DNA from: Eledone cirrhosa
Lineage: Eukaryota
Assembly (NCBI GenBank): GCA_964016885.1
Contig: OZ024746.1
Location: 93,868,001 to 93,932,000, forward strand
Direction of reading: 5' to 3'
DNA length: 64,000 nucleotides
Notes under the pieces: model-generated
The model's database searches: none
What the model was told of the DNA's origin: nothing
Seen by the model: the letters and a program-made list of their open reading frames with translations, nothing else
Part shown: positions 39,385 to 51,726 of the stretch, one piece after another
Position numbering within the stretch: position 1 is the first letter of the stretch
Layout of the letters: the number at the start of each line of letters is the position of its first letter
Made by a program: the position numbers and the translations under genes

Positions 39385-39651
39385 GTGTGTGTTAAGATCC
39401 CATTTAGGGTGAAAGGGGAAATTCTTTGCTTAAACTTTATTCTGTAATAATAATGAATATTTGCTCTATGAGTATATACACACTTATATATATACAATCC
39501 TTATTGAGCCCTCTTCAGGTTTAGGTCATTGTATTTATTATTACTATATATATATATGTGTGTATGTGTGTGTGTGTGTATATATATATATGTATATATA
39601 TATAATGTTCTTTGTATTTTATCTTTAGATATATTCTTTCCTCTTTTGTAG

Positions 39652-39912
39652 AAAGTCCACACAGGCAGCTGATAAGTCGTATGTCTATTTCCAAATCTCT
39701 TGATGTTGGTTCAAATTGGAAGCCATTTACCTATAGCCATAAGCAAGCTGAACTCAAGTTCAACTACCGTTTTGTTTGCAGTGAGCATTATTATGGCCTG
39801 CACTGTTCCAAATTATGTCGGTCAAGAGATGATAAATTTGGGCATTACAGATGTACAACAGAGGGTCAGCGGAAATGTATAAACGGATGGGAAGGAGATT
39901 ATTGTGATCAGC
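39652..39912 (+). CDS. Delta: Delta coding exon 4 (end of C2 + DSL domain: YRFVCSEHYYGLHCSKLCRSRDDKFGHYRC...CINGWEGDYC)
   Basis: Canonical DSL signature C..HYYG..C...C..RDD.FGHY.C...G...C..GW.G..C. Acceptor tgtag|, donor C|gtaag, phase 1 to 1. Confidence 0.96.
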
Positions 39913-40115
39913 GTAAGAACCACATTTCATTTGTTTTGTATTTGAAAATCTTCCCTTGAAACTCTTTCTACAAAACTATTTGGGATCAATCTTTGATTGA
40001 GAAAAAATGATTACCTAACATATAATCTAGAGCTTATCATTCTACTTAATCTTCTATCATAGACAATCTTCTCTCTATCTTAGCATTTCAATGGCCATCC
40101 TGTATTACCCCTTTT

Positions 40116-40410
40116 ATAGGCCATCCTATATTTATATTGATGTAATGTAACCCCTTCTCTAGGCTATCCTATATTTATGTTGCTGTTATGTAGCCCCTTC
40201 TATAAGCCATCATGTATTTATATTGCTGTTGGGTTACACATTCTATAGGCCACCCTGTATTTATGTTGCTGTTAGGTAACCCCTTCCATAGGCCACCCTG
40301 TATTTATGTTGCTGTTAGGTAACCCCTTCCATGGGCCACCCTGTATTTATGTTGTTGTTAGGTAACTCCTTCCATAGGCCACCCTGTATTTATATTGCTG
40401 TTTGTAACCT
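40116..40410. repeat. 43-bp minisatellite, ~7 copies
   Basis: ATAGGCCACCCTGTATTTATGTTGCTGTTAGGTAACCCCTTCC starts at 40245, 40288 and 40331, with degenerate flanking units. Confidence 0.9.
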
Positions 40411-43400
40411 CAAGTGAATACTGATTGAACTTACTTATAATCAAATGTATTCCTTGGTCTTCTGTTTCAACCTCATTCACATCTTAGGTGCATTATAAAA
40501 ATATATATTAGCCCCAGTACTTAAATGGTACTTTATTTTATCAAGCTCGGTAGGATGAAAATCTGTGTTGATCTTGGTTGGAATTGCAATCAGAACATAG
40601 GGTTTTTGTCTCAGAGCTCTAATAATTCTGCTCAGCCCTGGATTCTATCCATGAACAGTCTGCTTTTGTCTTGTTTGATTTTCTTTATTTTTGTGTAGAG
40701 GTGCATTTAGAACTATATTATCTAATGTGCTTATTCCTTTCATCTGAGGTAGATTTGACTGTTGTTGCCAATATATTGCTAAACCACATAGAGGCTTCAT
40801 GAGGTATACTGTTTCAAATCAATTTAATATTTTAGTCTCATTTAATGATATGGTAGGGAGTTTCTAGGGGAAGATTTGGCTGCTATTTTAAAGCAGAAGA
40901 TTTAACTTATTACATAACTTTGCTGACATAATTAACAAAGTTTTCTCATCTGCATGCCTTTCTTTATAATTCTTTTATTTTTTAATTCACTTTAGATTTT
41001 GTGAGTTTTAAGAATACAATACTATTTAATTTCTTTCAAACGATATCTATAGCTGCAATTAACCTAAAAAAACTGATTCTGCAATCAACACTACAAACTA
41101 ATCCTAGCATTGCGGACTTGTAAATAATTACAGGAAATACTTTCATCATCTGTCTGTTTCTTCATGCTGACATGTGTTGGACAAGACATTTTGGAAGCAG
41201 CTTTATTCTGCCAGCTGCCATTATTTATTGGATTGGCAGTATCGGTAGAGAGTCGGACGCCATGCTTTCCAACATAGTTACGTCCCTTTACAGTCTGAGT
41301 TCAAATCCCACCGAGGTTAACTTTGCCTTTCATCCTTACGGGGTCGATAAAATAAAGTACCAGTAATGTACTGGGGTAATTGCTGGCCTTGTGCCAAAAG
41401 TAGAAACAATTATTTATAAGTATAATGTATATTACTGACATTCATCAAACTAAGCTGCAAGCCATATTGTTCACAAGGGACATTAACATCACAACACGCT
41501 TTTATATAAAGATGTAATGACTGGCACATGCACACATGACTGTTTTTTCTTAGTTTCCCCATTACCAAATTTATTCACAGGGCATTGGTCAGTTTAAGGT
41601 AGTAATTAGCAAACTGCAACCCTTGAGCTGCATGTGCAAACTGTGGCTGCAAGCTGCATGTGGTCCATTTGGCTTTCTGAATGACATGCCTGATTTCAAA
41701 ATTGCCTAGAATTTGTAAGTAGTGCAGCCAGCCTTATGATGAGCCACATTCTATGCGGCCCACCGCTTGAAAAGGGTTGTCTATACACTTATACTAGTAA
41801 AAGACACTTGCCCAAGGTGTCAGACTGTGATATCAAACTCAGAATCCCATGCTTGTGAAGTGAACTTAATCATATAGTCATATCTGTGCCTTATCTATAC
41901 TTTGTATAATATAACTGCTTAACTATGGTGAGTAGGTAATATGGCACACACAACACAGTCTGTCTGTGTATTGGATTTCTCAAAACTTTATCTTATATCA
42001 TGTAAAGGTGTTAGGAGTGAAGAGATTAACCCCAATTTAATATGTTGTTATAATGATTTCTAATTTAACATTTACATTACTTTATATTTACTATTATATT
42101 TTCATGGTAAAGGCTTTATCTCACATATCGAATCTATGAGATCTTGTTAGTATTTATTTTGAGAACAATACCTTAACATCAGTATAAGTGGCCAGTTTGA
42201 ACAGAAAGAGGCGAGAGAATTCTGGCTGGATATGGCTGGTTTAAATGCTAAAGAAGGTTTAAATGCTAAAGGCCAGAAGTTTTCAGGAGTTGGGGAAGGC
42301 AAAAGTAAATTATATACTCTAGTGCTTAGCTGATACTTTATTTTATTGATCCTTGAATGATGAAAAGCTAAGTTAACCTAGATGGGATTAATAGAAACAA
42401 AAGCTTTGGAGTTTTACTTGTTAAAGATTATATGGTAAAACTAAAGCAATACATGAAAAACCCTTAATAGTAATTTAAAATACACATATCTACCTTTATA
42501 TTTCATTTTATTATTATATTTATATACTATAAAGTGTCAATGTTTTATACATATAAGACCATGTTGTAATCATTGTTTTTATGTCCATATATTGTTCTAT
42601 GGTGGCATCGGTTGGATGAAACATTTCTGAAGTAATATTATGCTTCAGATATGCTTCTTTATGCCAATTCCTTTTATTTTGATAATGTATAGCTGGATCT
42701 TTTTTTGCACCTCTGACTACCATGCTACAGGACTTCTTCAATGTTTGTAGTGTTGATTGCAAAACTGAAGAAACATTGATATGTATATATATATACATAG
42801 TTACCTTTGTAACATTTTTGTTTATCAAATTCACTTTGGCTGGCCTATGACTTACCTAAAGTGCCACACCTTGGAATGAAGTCAAAGTCACGTGGTTGCA
42901 AAGCAAACTTTTTAAATACACAACCAATGGCTGTGTCACTGAAGCAATTCCACTGTACTTCCAAATAAAACTGAATATTATGATGTATGTGTTTTAAATG
43001 GCAAACATTCCTTCTCTTTCACAGTTAAATTGTAGCAAAAGTAAGATTTTGAAAAAAACAAAAAACAAATTAATGTAAACAAAAAAAAAGAATTAATTTG
43101 TTTCCCTCTTATGTACTGCTTAATAAATGTTACACATTGACTCTCTCCTGTCATCGGAGAATCATTATGATTAATGTAGTTATTTGCAGGAGTGTCATAT
43201 TCTAAGTTCTTCCACTATTCCATTCATTCTACAATGAAATAACCATTAAGCTTAGTTAAGTATGGCACCTACTTGCCTGTCTTTCAGTCTTTACTTTTGG
43301 CAATTAGTGAAGGTAGATAGAATGGTAAAATGGTTAAGAAGTTCGTTTTGTGATTATAAAGTTCTAAGTTCAATTCCAATGCACAGCACTAATGGTAAAT

Positions 43401-43451
43401 GTTATTGACCATAGCTTCAGGCTGAGTCAAGCCATGTAAGTGAAACTAGAT

Positions 43452-43793
43452 CAGAGGTTCTCAAAGTGGGTGCTACTGCCCCCTCCCCGGGCGTTGAGAA
43501 GGTCTGGGGCACTGGGCCCTAAGGGGGCTTGGAAGGGGCAGTAGAGGTGATATGATAGTATATTAAATATCAAATGATACATATTATATATAAATATAGT
43601 AAAATAAAAAAAATATATAATATTTATTTATACATAGTATATATTATTTATTATATATAAATTAATGATTTTATATTTTATTTACAATTTGTGTGTAGGC
43701 AGGCCTCTCTAGAAATAGGGTTGGGGATGGGGGCACTGAGGGTATTATGTGGCCATGAGGAGTCAGTGTCCCAAAATGTTCAAGAATCTCTGG
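43452..43793. mobile_element. hAT-type MITE
   Basis: CAGAGGTTCTCAAA ... TTCAAGAATCTCTG imperfect terminal inverted repeats. Confidence 0.5.
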
Positions 43794-44575
43794 TGTAGAT
43801 GGAAACTGTATAGAAGCTTGTGATTGGATTGTACCTTTGATAATTAAAAGGGCCAGCCTTGTCAAACATGCACACGGTTGTGCTGATTCTACTTGAGTTT
43901 TACAGGTGTTTGTTGAATGCTCAGCCATTTTCACAATATGGTGAAGAGATAGTTTTTAGTTTTCCACTTGTTCAATGTATATATATATATATAGTTCCAA
44001 AAATACTGCGTTAACTTTGCTTTGGAACCACACTGTTACAGATTCAGCCATTGCATAGCACCTTGAGCAACTGTCTTTCATTATAGCCCTGGGCCAACAA
44101 GTGTCTTGTAAAGAAGCTTGGTGGAAGCATAGTATATATATATATAATCATCATTTCAAGTCTGCTCTTCTTTGCTTGCAAGGGTGAAACGGGTCCTCTT
44201 CAGCACATCATCTCTCCATTTGTCATGGTCCTTTGTCATCGCCTCTGTGAGCTTCAGCGATCTGAGGTCAGCTCTCACCACCTTTGCCCATGTTTTCCGT
44301 CATCTTCCTCTACTGCATCTTCCTTCCACTGGGATTAGTTGGCACTTCTTCACCCAACAGTCATCATCCATACACATCACATGACCATACCAAAGTATAT
44401 GTGTGTGTATTTCTGTGTGTGTGCATGCCACTCACTTCAAGTGCCATACCAACAATTTATAAATTTGCAATGGTATTATACATAGCCATATTAACCCATG
44501 GCTGGCCTCCTAAGCTTTCAAATATTGCAGGGAGGGAAGGAAAGGTGGGGTCTTCTGGCACTTTCATCTCACTAC

Positions 44576-44606
<31 letters not shown>

Positions 44607-46073
44607 GCCAATTTTGTCCTATTAAGTTCACTTCTCTCCCTACTGCTTTATTTATTATACACTGCCCTCACTAATGTATCCCCTGCCCTGCTATCATATA
44701 TCTAGGTTTAGCACTTTTCCTCATTTTATTTAATCCCTCTGCCTTCAGTCTTATTGGTATTCTTATAGTATAAAATAAATCATGGTTGGCAGAACCATTT
44801 AGAACATCAGACAAAATATTTTGCTGCATTTAGTTACAACCTTTTATATTTTAAGTTCAAACCTTGCTGAGGTCAGCTTTGCTTGTCATCATTCTATGGT
44901 CGATAAAATATAGAACTACTAAAATATTGGGGCAGATATTGACATTCTCCTCTCTACAAATTGTTGGCCCTTTGCCACTGTTACAAATCATAGATACATT
45001 GGCAGTATTGGCTGAGCATTGAACAAAATATTCAGCGATATTTATGTATAACTTTGTACATTCTGAGCTCAAATCCTGCCAAGGATAATTTTGCCTATTT
45101 TCCTTCTGGTGTCAATAAAATAAAGTGCCAGTTAAGTACTGGGGTTGATATAATCAACTTTCTCTTTTCCCCAAATTGTTGGCTTTGTGCCAATGTTAAA
45201 AATTATTATTTTCATTAACATTAACTCCTTCCATCACCCACCATTACTCTGTCTTTCTTCACCATCAAAGGCCAAACTTAGCTCTTTCCCCTCTCTATCA
45301 TGTACTTTGTATCACTGGACATCACCCCCCCCCCCCCCATATAGCTCAACACTCTCACCTTACTTCTATCATCACCTACTCAATCACTTATCAACAAGCA
45401 ATATCTAACCATAACACTGTCTTCTCCAACACACTCAAACCTATATCCACCTTAGTCCCACCTCTTCTAGCCTTATAATTGATCATGTTTCCTTGTGGCA
45501 AGGTGCTTCTCCATACCCCTTTTCTTTCTCCATTTAACCATGCCCCTCTAAAAAAAATTCTGTAAAGTAGTTGCCATTCAAACAGGAACAATAAGGAGTA
45601 GGACTCTTCAATGATGTCAGAGAGGACAGCCTTTCTAGTTCAGTACTATTGTCATGGAAAATACACCTAGTACACTGCAAAATAGTTGGCATTAGGAAGA
45701 AACCATGCCTAGAGAGTAGGGACAAGACAACCTCTGAAGTGGTGGTGCCAGAATAAAATGTACCCAGTACACTCTGTGAAGTGAAGTGGTTGACATCCTG
45801 CCTTAACATTGATGCCAAAACGGAACATATCTGAGTGAGGTATGGTTTCCTGACCCATCTAGGAGGGCAGTAGCTCCTATTAAGTATTGAGTTGATCTGT
45901 AATAACCCATCTAACCCATGCTAGCATGGAAAAATGGACATAAAATGATGATAAATGTTAAGGGTTATAAAATTTGAGTTTGAATTTGGGATTGATTAAA
46001 ATAGTCTCAATGTTTTTGCGAATTTCCTATTTTCTAGAAATATAAATTTGATCTTTATTTTTTTTCCCCTCAG

Positions 46074-46134
46074 CAATATGTCTAGCTGGTTGCCATCCAC
46101 ATCAAGGTTTCTGCAATGAACCTTATAAATGCAA
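46074..46134 (+). CDS. Delta: Delta coding exon 5 (EGF1: PICLAGCHPHQGFCNEPYKC)
   Basis: Matches the PICL.GC....G.C..P..C pattern of Delta EGF1. Polypyrimidine cag| acceptor, AA|gtaagt donor, 61 nt, phase 1 to 2. Confidence 0.95.
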
Positions 46135-46390
46135 GTAAGTTATAAATATTTGGTGTCTACAATAAATGTCAAAGTTTTTCTGCTTAAAATTATTTTAACA
46201 AAATTAACGCAAATTGCTGTTTAACTCCAGGTCAGCTTGGAACCAGGAGAACTAGGCTCAAAGATGACCATCCTGTTTTTTTTCTTTAAGTGTATCCAAA
46301 AGTCAAATATCAGCCACAGGAATCTCCCTTTGAATTTTCTACTTCAAAGCAAATAAGCTAAATTCATACCATCTCAGTGTAATATATATA

Positions 46391-46551
46391 TATTAAAATA
46401 ACAGATTAAAGTTTAAGCAAAGAATTGCTGCTTTCACCTTTAATGGGATCTTCTGAAAGTTAAAAAAATTGGATTTTTTTTTAGTTTCAGAAGATCCTGT
46501 TAAGGGTGAAGCAGCGATTCTTTGCTTAAACTTTAATCTGTTATTTTAATA
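46391..46551. repeat. Long imperfect inverted repeat (outer 35 bp perfect)
   Basis: 46391-46425 is the reverse complement of 46517-46551. The inner arms (GCT..TTCACC/GGATCTTCTGAAA) also pair. Confidence 0.9.
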
Positions 46552-47067
46552 AATATTTGCTCTAGGGTTCTTATATATTTGATATATATTTATCCTTATT
46601 GAGCCCTCTTTGGATTTTAGTCTTCACATTTATTATTATTACTATATATATATATATATATAAATAAATGTAATGAAGATCTAACACCTTGTTTATTATT
46701 AATATATATATATATATATATATATAAATGAAAGGTATAGAAAATATTGTAGCAAAAAGCCAACAGTATTCCATAATATATAAGTGACTATAGCGTCAAA
46801 ATGGGAAAAATAGTTAACGTAAGATGTGGGAAAAATAATTCAAACTCAATTCAAAAAGAATCAGGATATAGATTTATCCAACAGAATTTAGTGAAATCCA
46901 TGGAAAAATCAATAGAGCCTTACCTCATGATAAAATAAAGTTTAAAATACTCATCCTTCAATTTAGGACAACTACAAATGCTCTGTATAGTCTCGAAGAC
47001 TATTTCACGAAAACTTTCAGTGGAGATGGTCACGGTTGGAATTCGATCCACAGCAGAGCTCAACTCG

Positions 47068-47150
<83 letters not shown>

Positions 47151-48454
47151 GTTTGTAGTTGATGGATGGGAGAAAATAGTTCTGTATGTGTGCAGATGGA
47201 ATTCCAGAGTAACAAGACTCACTATTTGGCTATATTAATGTGGTGTGTGTATGTATGTACGCACACACACACACACACACACACACCATCATCATCATCA
47301 TCGTCATCGTTTTTAGACGTGTATATATATATATATGGAGCAAATGATAAAATACACCCAGTACTCTCTGTAAACTGGTTGGTGTTCAACTAAGTGCTAG
47401 TTACAGAAATGTATTCCACTAAACAGCAATTAGATTTCAGCACATGCTGGTTTTGTTTCTATCTCTTGCTATAATTTCATGTTGTGTATAATTAGTTTTT
47501 GTGCAACTGACCTAATTCCAAGGCTGACCATATGGCTAGAAATTGATATACTGTCTTGGAGAAATTCTGGAATGTTTAATTGCTTAGGGTGTTGGATTGA
47601 AGGGATAAATGAATTTGCAGTATTTAATGGTGTGTCTTTAAATAACTGAAAATGACATTGCCTTTTATACATTCTGAGTCAATAATATGAGTAGGGATGG
47701 TGTTGGATCTAGTCAGTTATAATGACCCACCCCACCACCACCAAACATTATGCCTGTGTAAGAAAAGTATCAAGCAGTAAATGACTGCATTACAGTAGAA
47801 AGTAAAGATACTACAAACATTTGGTTTCACAAACTTGTTTTTAGATATTCTCCACTAAATTATTACTGGACATTAAGAGAAAATCTTCAGTTTAATTTTT
47901 ACAAGTAAAAGATGTAAGCACTAGTAAAGATGTAAGCATTTGGTTTAACAAACCTGTTTTTAGACATTTTCTACTAATTTATTACAGGATGTTAAGAGTT
48001 AATGTTCTTATGAAGCTGCTATATGATTTTGGTATAGTAATGAGGGAGATTTATCTACTATTTCTATATGACTGAGTGACTACATAGAGGAGTGATTCCC
48101 AAACTCATTTTGTTACGGAACACTTATATGATCTTCCAAAAATCACTGAACCCACACCTATAGTTTATGGACAATATTCACAACAGTGATTTTAATAAGA
48201 CATAAATGAAATAAAAATTGGTTTTGTTTTGGAAGAAAGAATTTATTTGTTTATTAAATGAAACATTATTTCGAAGAAACCCAGAATTCTTTTGTAGAAC
48301 CCTGTTGTTCTTCAGAACTGACTTTGTAAAAGTCTGTCATAGAAGCTTGTTTGTTTCTTGTAGCTGTTGAATATTTATAAAAGTTTTCTGTTTGTTGAGC
48401 TGCTAATAATAATGTTTCTGTTGTTAATCCTTAGTTTATTTGTTTTGATTGCAG

Positions 48455-48585
48455 ATGTTATGCTGGTTGGAAGGGGAAATACTGTAATGAGTGTGACCTT
48501 CACCCAGAATGTCACAAAGGCACTTGCCAAAAACCATGGGACTGCAATTGCATGGAAGGTTGGGGTGGGATAATTTGCAATGAAG
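48455..48585 (+). CDS. Delta: Delta coding exon 6 (EGF1 end + EGF2: CYAGWKGKYCNECDLHPECHKGTCQKPWDCNCMEGWGGIICNE)
   Basis: GW.G.YC.EC...P.C..GTC..PW.C.C..GWGG..CN DOS-region pattern. Boundaries tgcag| and G|gtaag, 131 nt, phase 2 to 1. Confidence 0.95.
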
Positions 48586-49396
48586 GTAAGTTTTTTTGTT
48601 TTTTTTTCCTCTCAATTTAAGAATTTGTTTTTGAACATTTTTTATTTTTCAATTTGAGAAACTAAAGATCTATTATGTTTAGCTACATGTTAGCTTTGGT
48701 CAAGCAAACATGGAATCAGAGATTCCAGTTGTGACTCATCTTTTTATTCATTGTGTTTAAGAGTGAATTTTACTTTTTTTAAAGCACTGAGTTGGAATTT
48801 GAGAGAGGTTTGACTGCTAATTCTAGCAAGTTCTCCATGTTTGTTCAGTTATTTGTTGTGCCTATAAAGTAATTATTTCTCTGAAAATATTAACAAGTAA
48901 ATGGAGAGGTTTATAGTTGAATAGAATTTAAATGTATTAACATGGAAAACAGTAAATGTTGGCTTGAGCCCATTGTATTGCTGGATTTTAGCAATGATAG
49001 CCATTTTGATATTCAAAATTGGAGAAAAATATAAAATAATTGAAAAATAAAAGGTTATCTAAGTTTGAGTTACAAATAATATAAGTGCATCTCCCTTACC
49101 ATCCTCTGGGGAAACACCTTCTCCATTCTGTCCGCCGGGGCTGTGGGGCAGCCAGCACTTGGGACCCCATTTGCTCACTATACAGATAGATGGGGGGGGG
49201 GGGGGGGGCGATGACCGTGGGAGTTTGGCTTCCAGTGTTCGGACACATTACACCTGTCAAGCGTATATTTTCATACTTGAGAATCTATTATTATATGGTT
49301 TATTTCTGTTTTCATCATCCACATTGTAAGAGTTACTCTCCTGTATTTTCTGATTGTCAAGTTTATTTACATTTGATTTTTAATTTTCTCCTTTAG

Positions 49397-49566
49397 ATCT
49401 CAATTATTGCACCCACCACAGTCCTTGTAAAAATCGAGGGACCTGCACAAACACAGGGCAAGGGAGCTACACATGTAATTGTCTTGATAGCTTCAATGGT
49501 ACCAATTGTGAAATTGAAGTTGACAACTGTCAAAATCTACCCTGTTTGAATTTTGGAACATGTGAG
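49397..49566 (+). CDS. Delta: Delta coding exon 7 (EGF3 + start EGF4: DLNYCTHHSPCKNRGTCTNTGQGSYTC...)
   Basis: DLNYCTHH.PC.N..TC.NTGQGSYTC is diagnostic of Delta/DLL1 EGF3. Boundaries ctttag| and GAG|gttagt, 170 nt. Confidence 0.96.
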
Positions 49567-49660
49567 GTTAGTAATTTTTATCTCTTTACCAAATTGATTT
49601 CTGTAAATATCAAATTGTTAAAAAGAATTATTTATAATTGAAAATGAAAAATGCTTTTAA

Positions 49661-49866
49661 CCCTATAATGTTCAAACTGGCCAAAACCCAGAATTCTCTA
49701 CCTCTTTCTGTTGAAACTGGTTGTAAATAGTCGCTCAAACTGATGTTAAGGTATTCTCAAAATAAATACTTTCAAAATCTCATTCGATATTATGAGATAA
49801 TTATGAGGTAAAGCCTTTACCATGAAAATATAATAGTATATATACAGTAATGTGAATATTAAAGGG
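49661..49866. mobile_element. TTAA piggyBac-type MITE (family A) in Delta intron 7
   Basis: TTAA|CCCTATAAT...ATTAAAGGG|TTAA with the family-A body. Confidence 0.8.
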
Positions 49867-50277
49867 TTAAAACATTTACATCAGCAGTATATTTTTGATT
49901 GTCATCAGGCCTATTATTTCTGGATGTGTACATACTAGTAAACTGGGTTCAAACAAAACTTTTATCCCTAAACTAATGGTAGAAAATTCTTATCTACTGA
50001 TCCACTAGTGGGAGTACATGGATGAGCATGCTATTATACTTAGACCCAGGTTGTGTTTGAATTAGAAACCATTATTCCTAAACTGTTCACATCTAGATAT
50101 GACTCCTGTTGGTGATTAGTGACCCAAATCAATCAAAGACATTATGTAGTGAAAGATAGGTTACTGATGTCATAGTGTGAAAAATTATATTCATGAAATA
50201 ATGCTATTTTATTTGTATCAGACATTTTTATTTTTACTTTAAAAAATTATTAAAAACCATGTAAATTGATATTTCAG

Positions 50278-50494
50278 GTTATTGATACAGAATTCCGATG
50301 TCGTTGTCCAAGTGGTTTTGGTGGGAAGCGTTGTGAAATTAAGGCTAAGACGTGTGCTGGTGATCCTTGTAGAAATGGTGGCAAGTGTGTGAATACAGTT
50401 GATACGTATCAGTGTAAGTGCCTACCAGGATATTCTGGGCACAACTGTGAAACTGAAATAAATGAGTGTTCTTCTAATCCATGTCAGAATAGAG
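50278..50494 (+). CDS. Delta: Delta coding exon 8 (EGF4 end, EGF5, start EGF6)
   Basis: EGF cysteine spacing in ORF 50266-50592. Acceptor tttcag|, donor AG|gtaaag, 217 nt, phase 0 to 1. Confidence 0.95.
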
Positions 50495-50863
50495 GTAAAG
50501 AATTATTTTTATTTCACCTTAATTTCTTCACATGTGAATTGGTGTGGTGTTTAATGGAAAAATTGATTTTTATGGAGCATTCCATTTTTTAGAATATATA
50601 CACTATATCTTTGCTTGTCATGAGAGGTAACAAAAAGGATTGGTGTCAGAAATGATATTCAGCTGTAAAATAATGATGGCTTTCATTTATAGAAAGGAAT
50701 CTTACTAAATAGATTGGTAATTCATCTTACAAATCTGTGTGCATGAACTATGTTTATGTCATGCCCAATAAATTTCTAGTATTCAATTGCTTTTAAAATC
50801 TTGTTTACTCTTAACTAAGCTTTTCATTATGCAGTTTATGAAAATATTTTGTTTTATTTTCAG

Positions 50864-51726
50864 GTCGTTGTGTTGATGATGTGAATGGCTTTCATTGTGT
50901 TTGTGAACCTGGATATAGTGGTAAAATATGTGAAGAGAATGAAAACGATTGCTTCAAGAAACCATGTCTCAATGAAGGCACTTGTGAGGACAAGATAAAT
51001 GATTTTGAATGCCACTGTAAACCAGGATATGCTGGGTTCTTTTGTGAAACTCAACTGAATGACTGTCTTATTCAGCCTTGCAGAAATGGAGGTACTTGCA
51101 TTGATTTGATTAATGATTTTCGCTGTATTTGTCCATTGGGATTTACAGGAAAGGATTGTACCTTGAATATTGCTAATTGTGCCAGCAATCCATGCAAGAA
51201 TGGCAGTACTTGCAGCGACCTAGGATCAAGTTACTCATGTATTTGTCAACCAGATTTTTCTGGTGATCACTGTGATCACTATGATAAGAAAAATAATAAT
51301 CATAGTGCCATTGTTTCAGGAGACCAAAGTGAAGATGATAAATCAGAGGATTCTTCATCTGTATTACATCTTGGCTTAGGCATTTGTTTTGGAGCTGGTT
51401 TACCTCTTATCTTGATTATCATTGCTATCATTATAATGCTTTTACGGCATCAGCGCCATCATTTTCGAGATAATATGCGGAAGGAAAATGAACAAAATCA
51501 CATCAATAGTAAATGCATGGAAACGGATATATTCATGACAAATCCTTCGGCTAGTTCATCTGATAAATTTACCAAAGAACTGGAATGTTCTAATAGAATT
51601 AATTCGGAACAGTTTTACCATGAAAAATCTACCAACATTCTAAGACAGAATGTTACAGGTGAACCATACCACAAACCTTATAATAAAAAGATGTTGACAC
51701 CATTATCAAATATTGGCGTAGGGTAA
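50864..51726 (+). CDS. Delta: Delta coding exon 9 (EGF6 end-EGF9, TM helix, intracellular domain); ends at 51722 if spliced at GG|gtaagt or at TAA 51724-51726 if unspliced
   Basis: Three further complete EGF repeats, then hydrophobic LGLGICFGAGLPLILIIIAIIIMLL, basic stop-transfer RHQR and KENEQN. No vWC domain and 9 EGFs in total indicate Delta rather than Serrate/Jagged. Confidence 0.93.

Noticed and set aside
38436-39497. YIYIYI-rich ORFs (also 20518-20990, 46920-47238)
   Set aside because: Translations of (TA)n microsatellites.
39495-39530. Possible hammerhead ribozyme core (CTGAAGA on minus strand)
   Set aside because: No stem II plus GAAA within suitable distance, and the homologous copy at ~46600 lacks the CTGANGA.
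50864-51726. Notch receptor or Serrate/Jagged assignment
   Set aside because: It has MNNL+DSL, only 9 EGFs, and no LNR/ankyrin or vWC domain. EGF3 DLNYCTHH..NTGQGSYTC is Delta-type.
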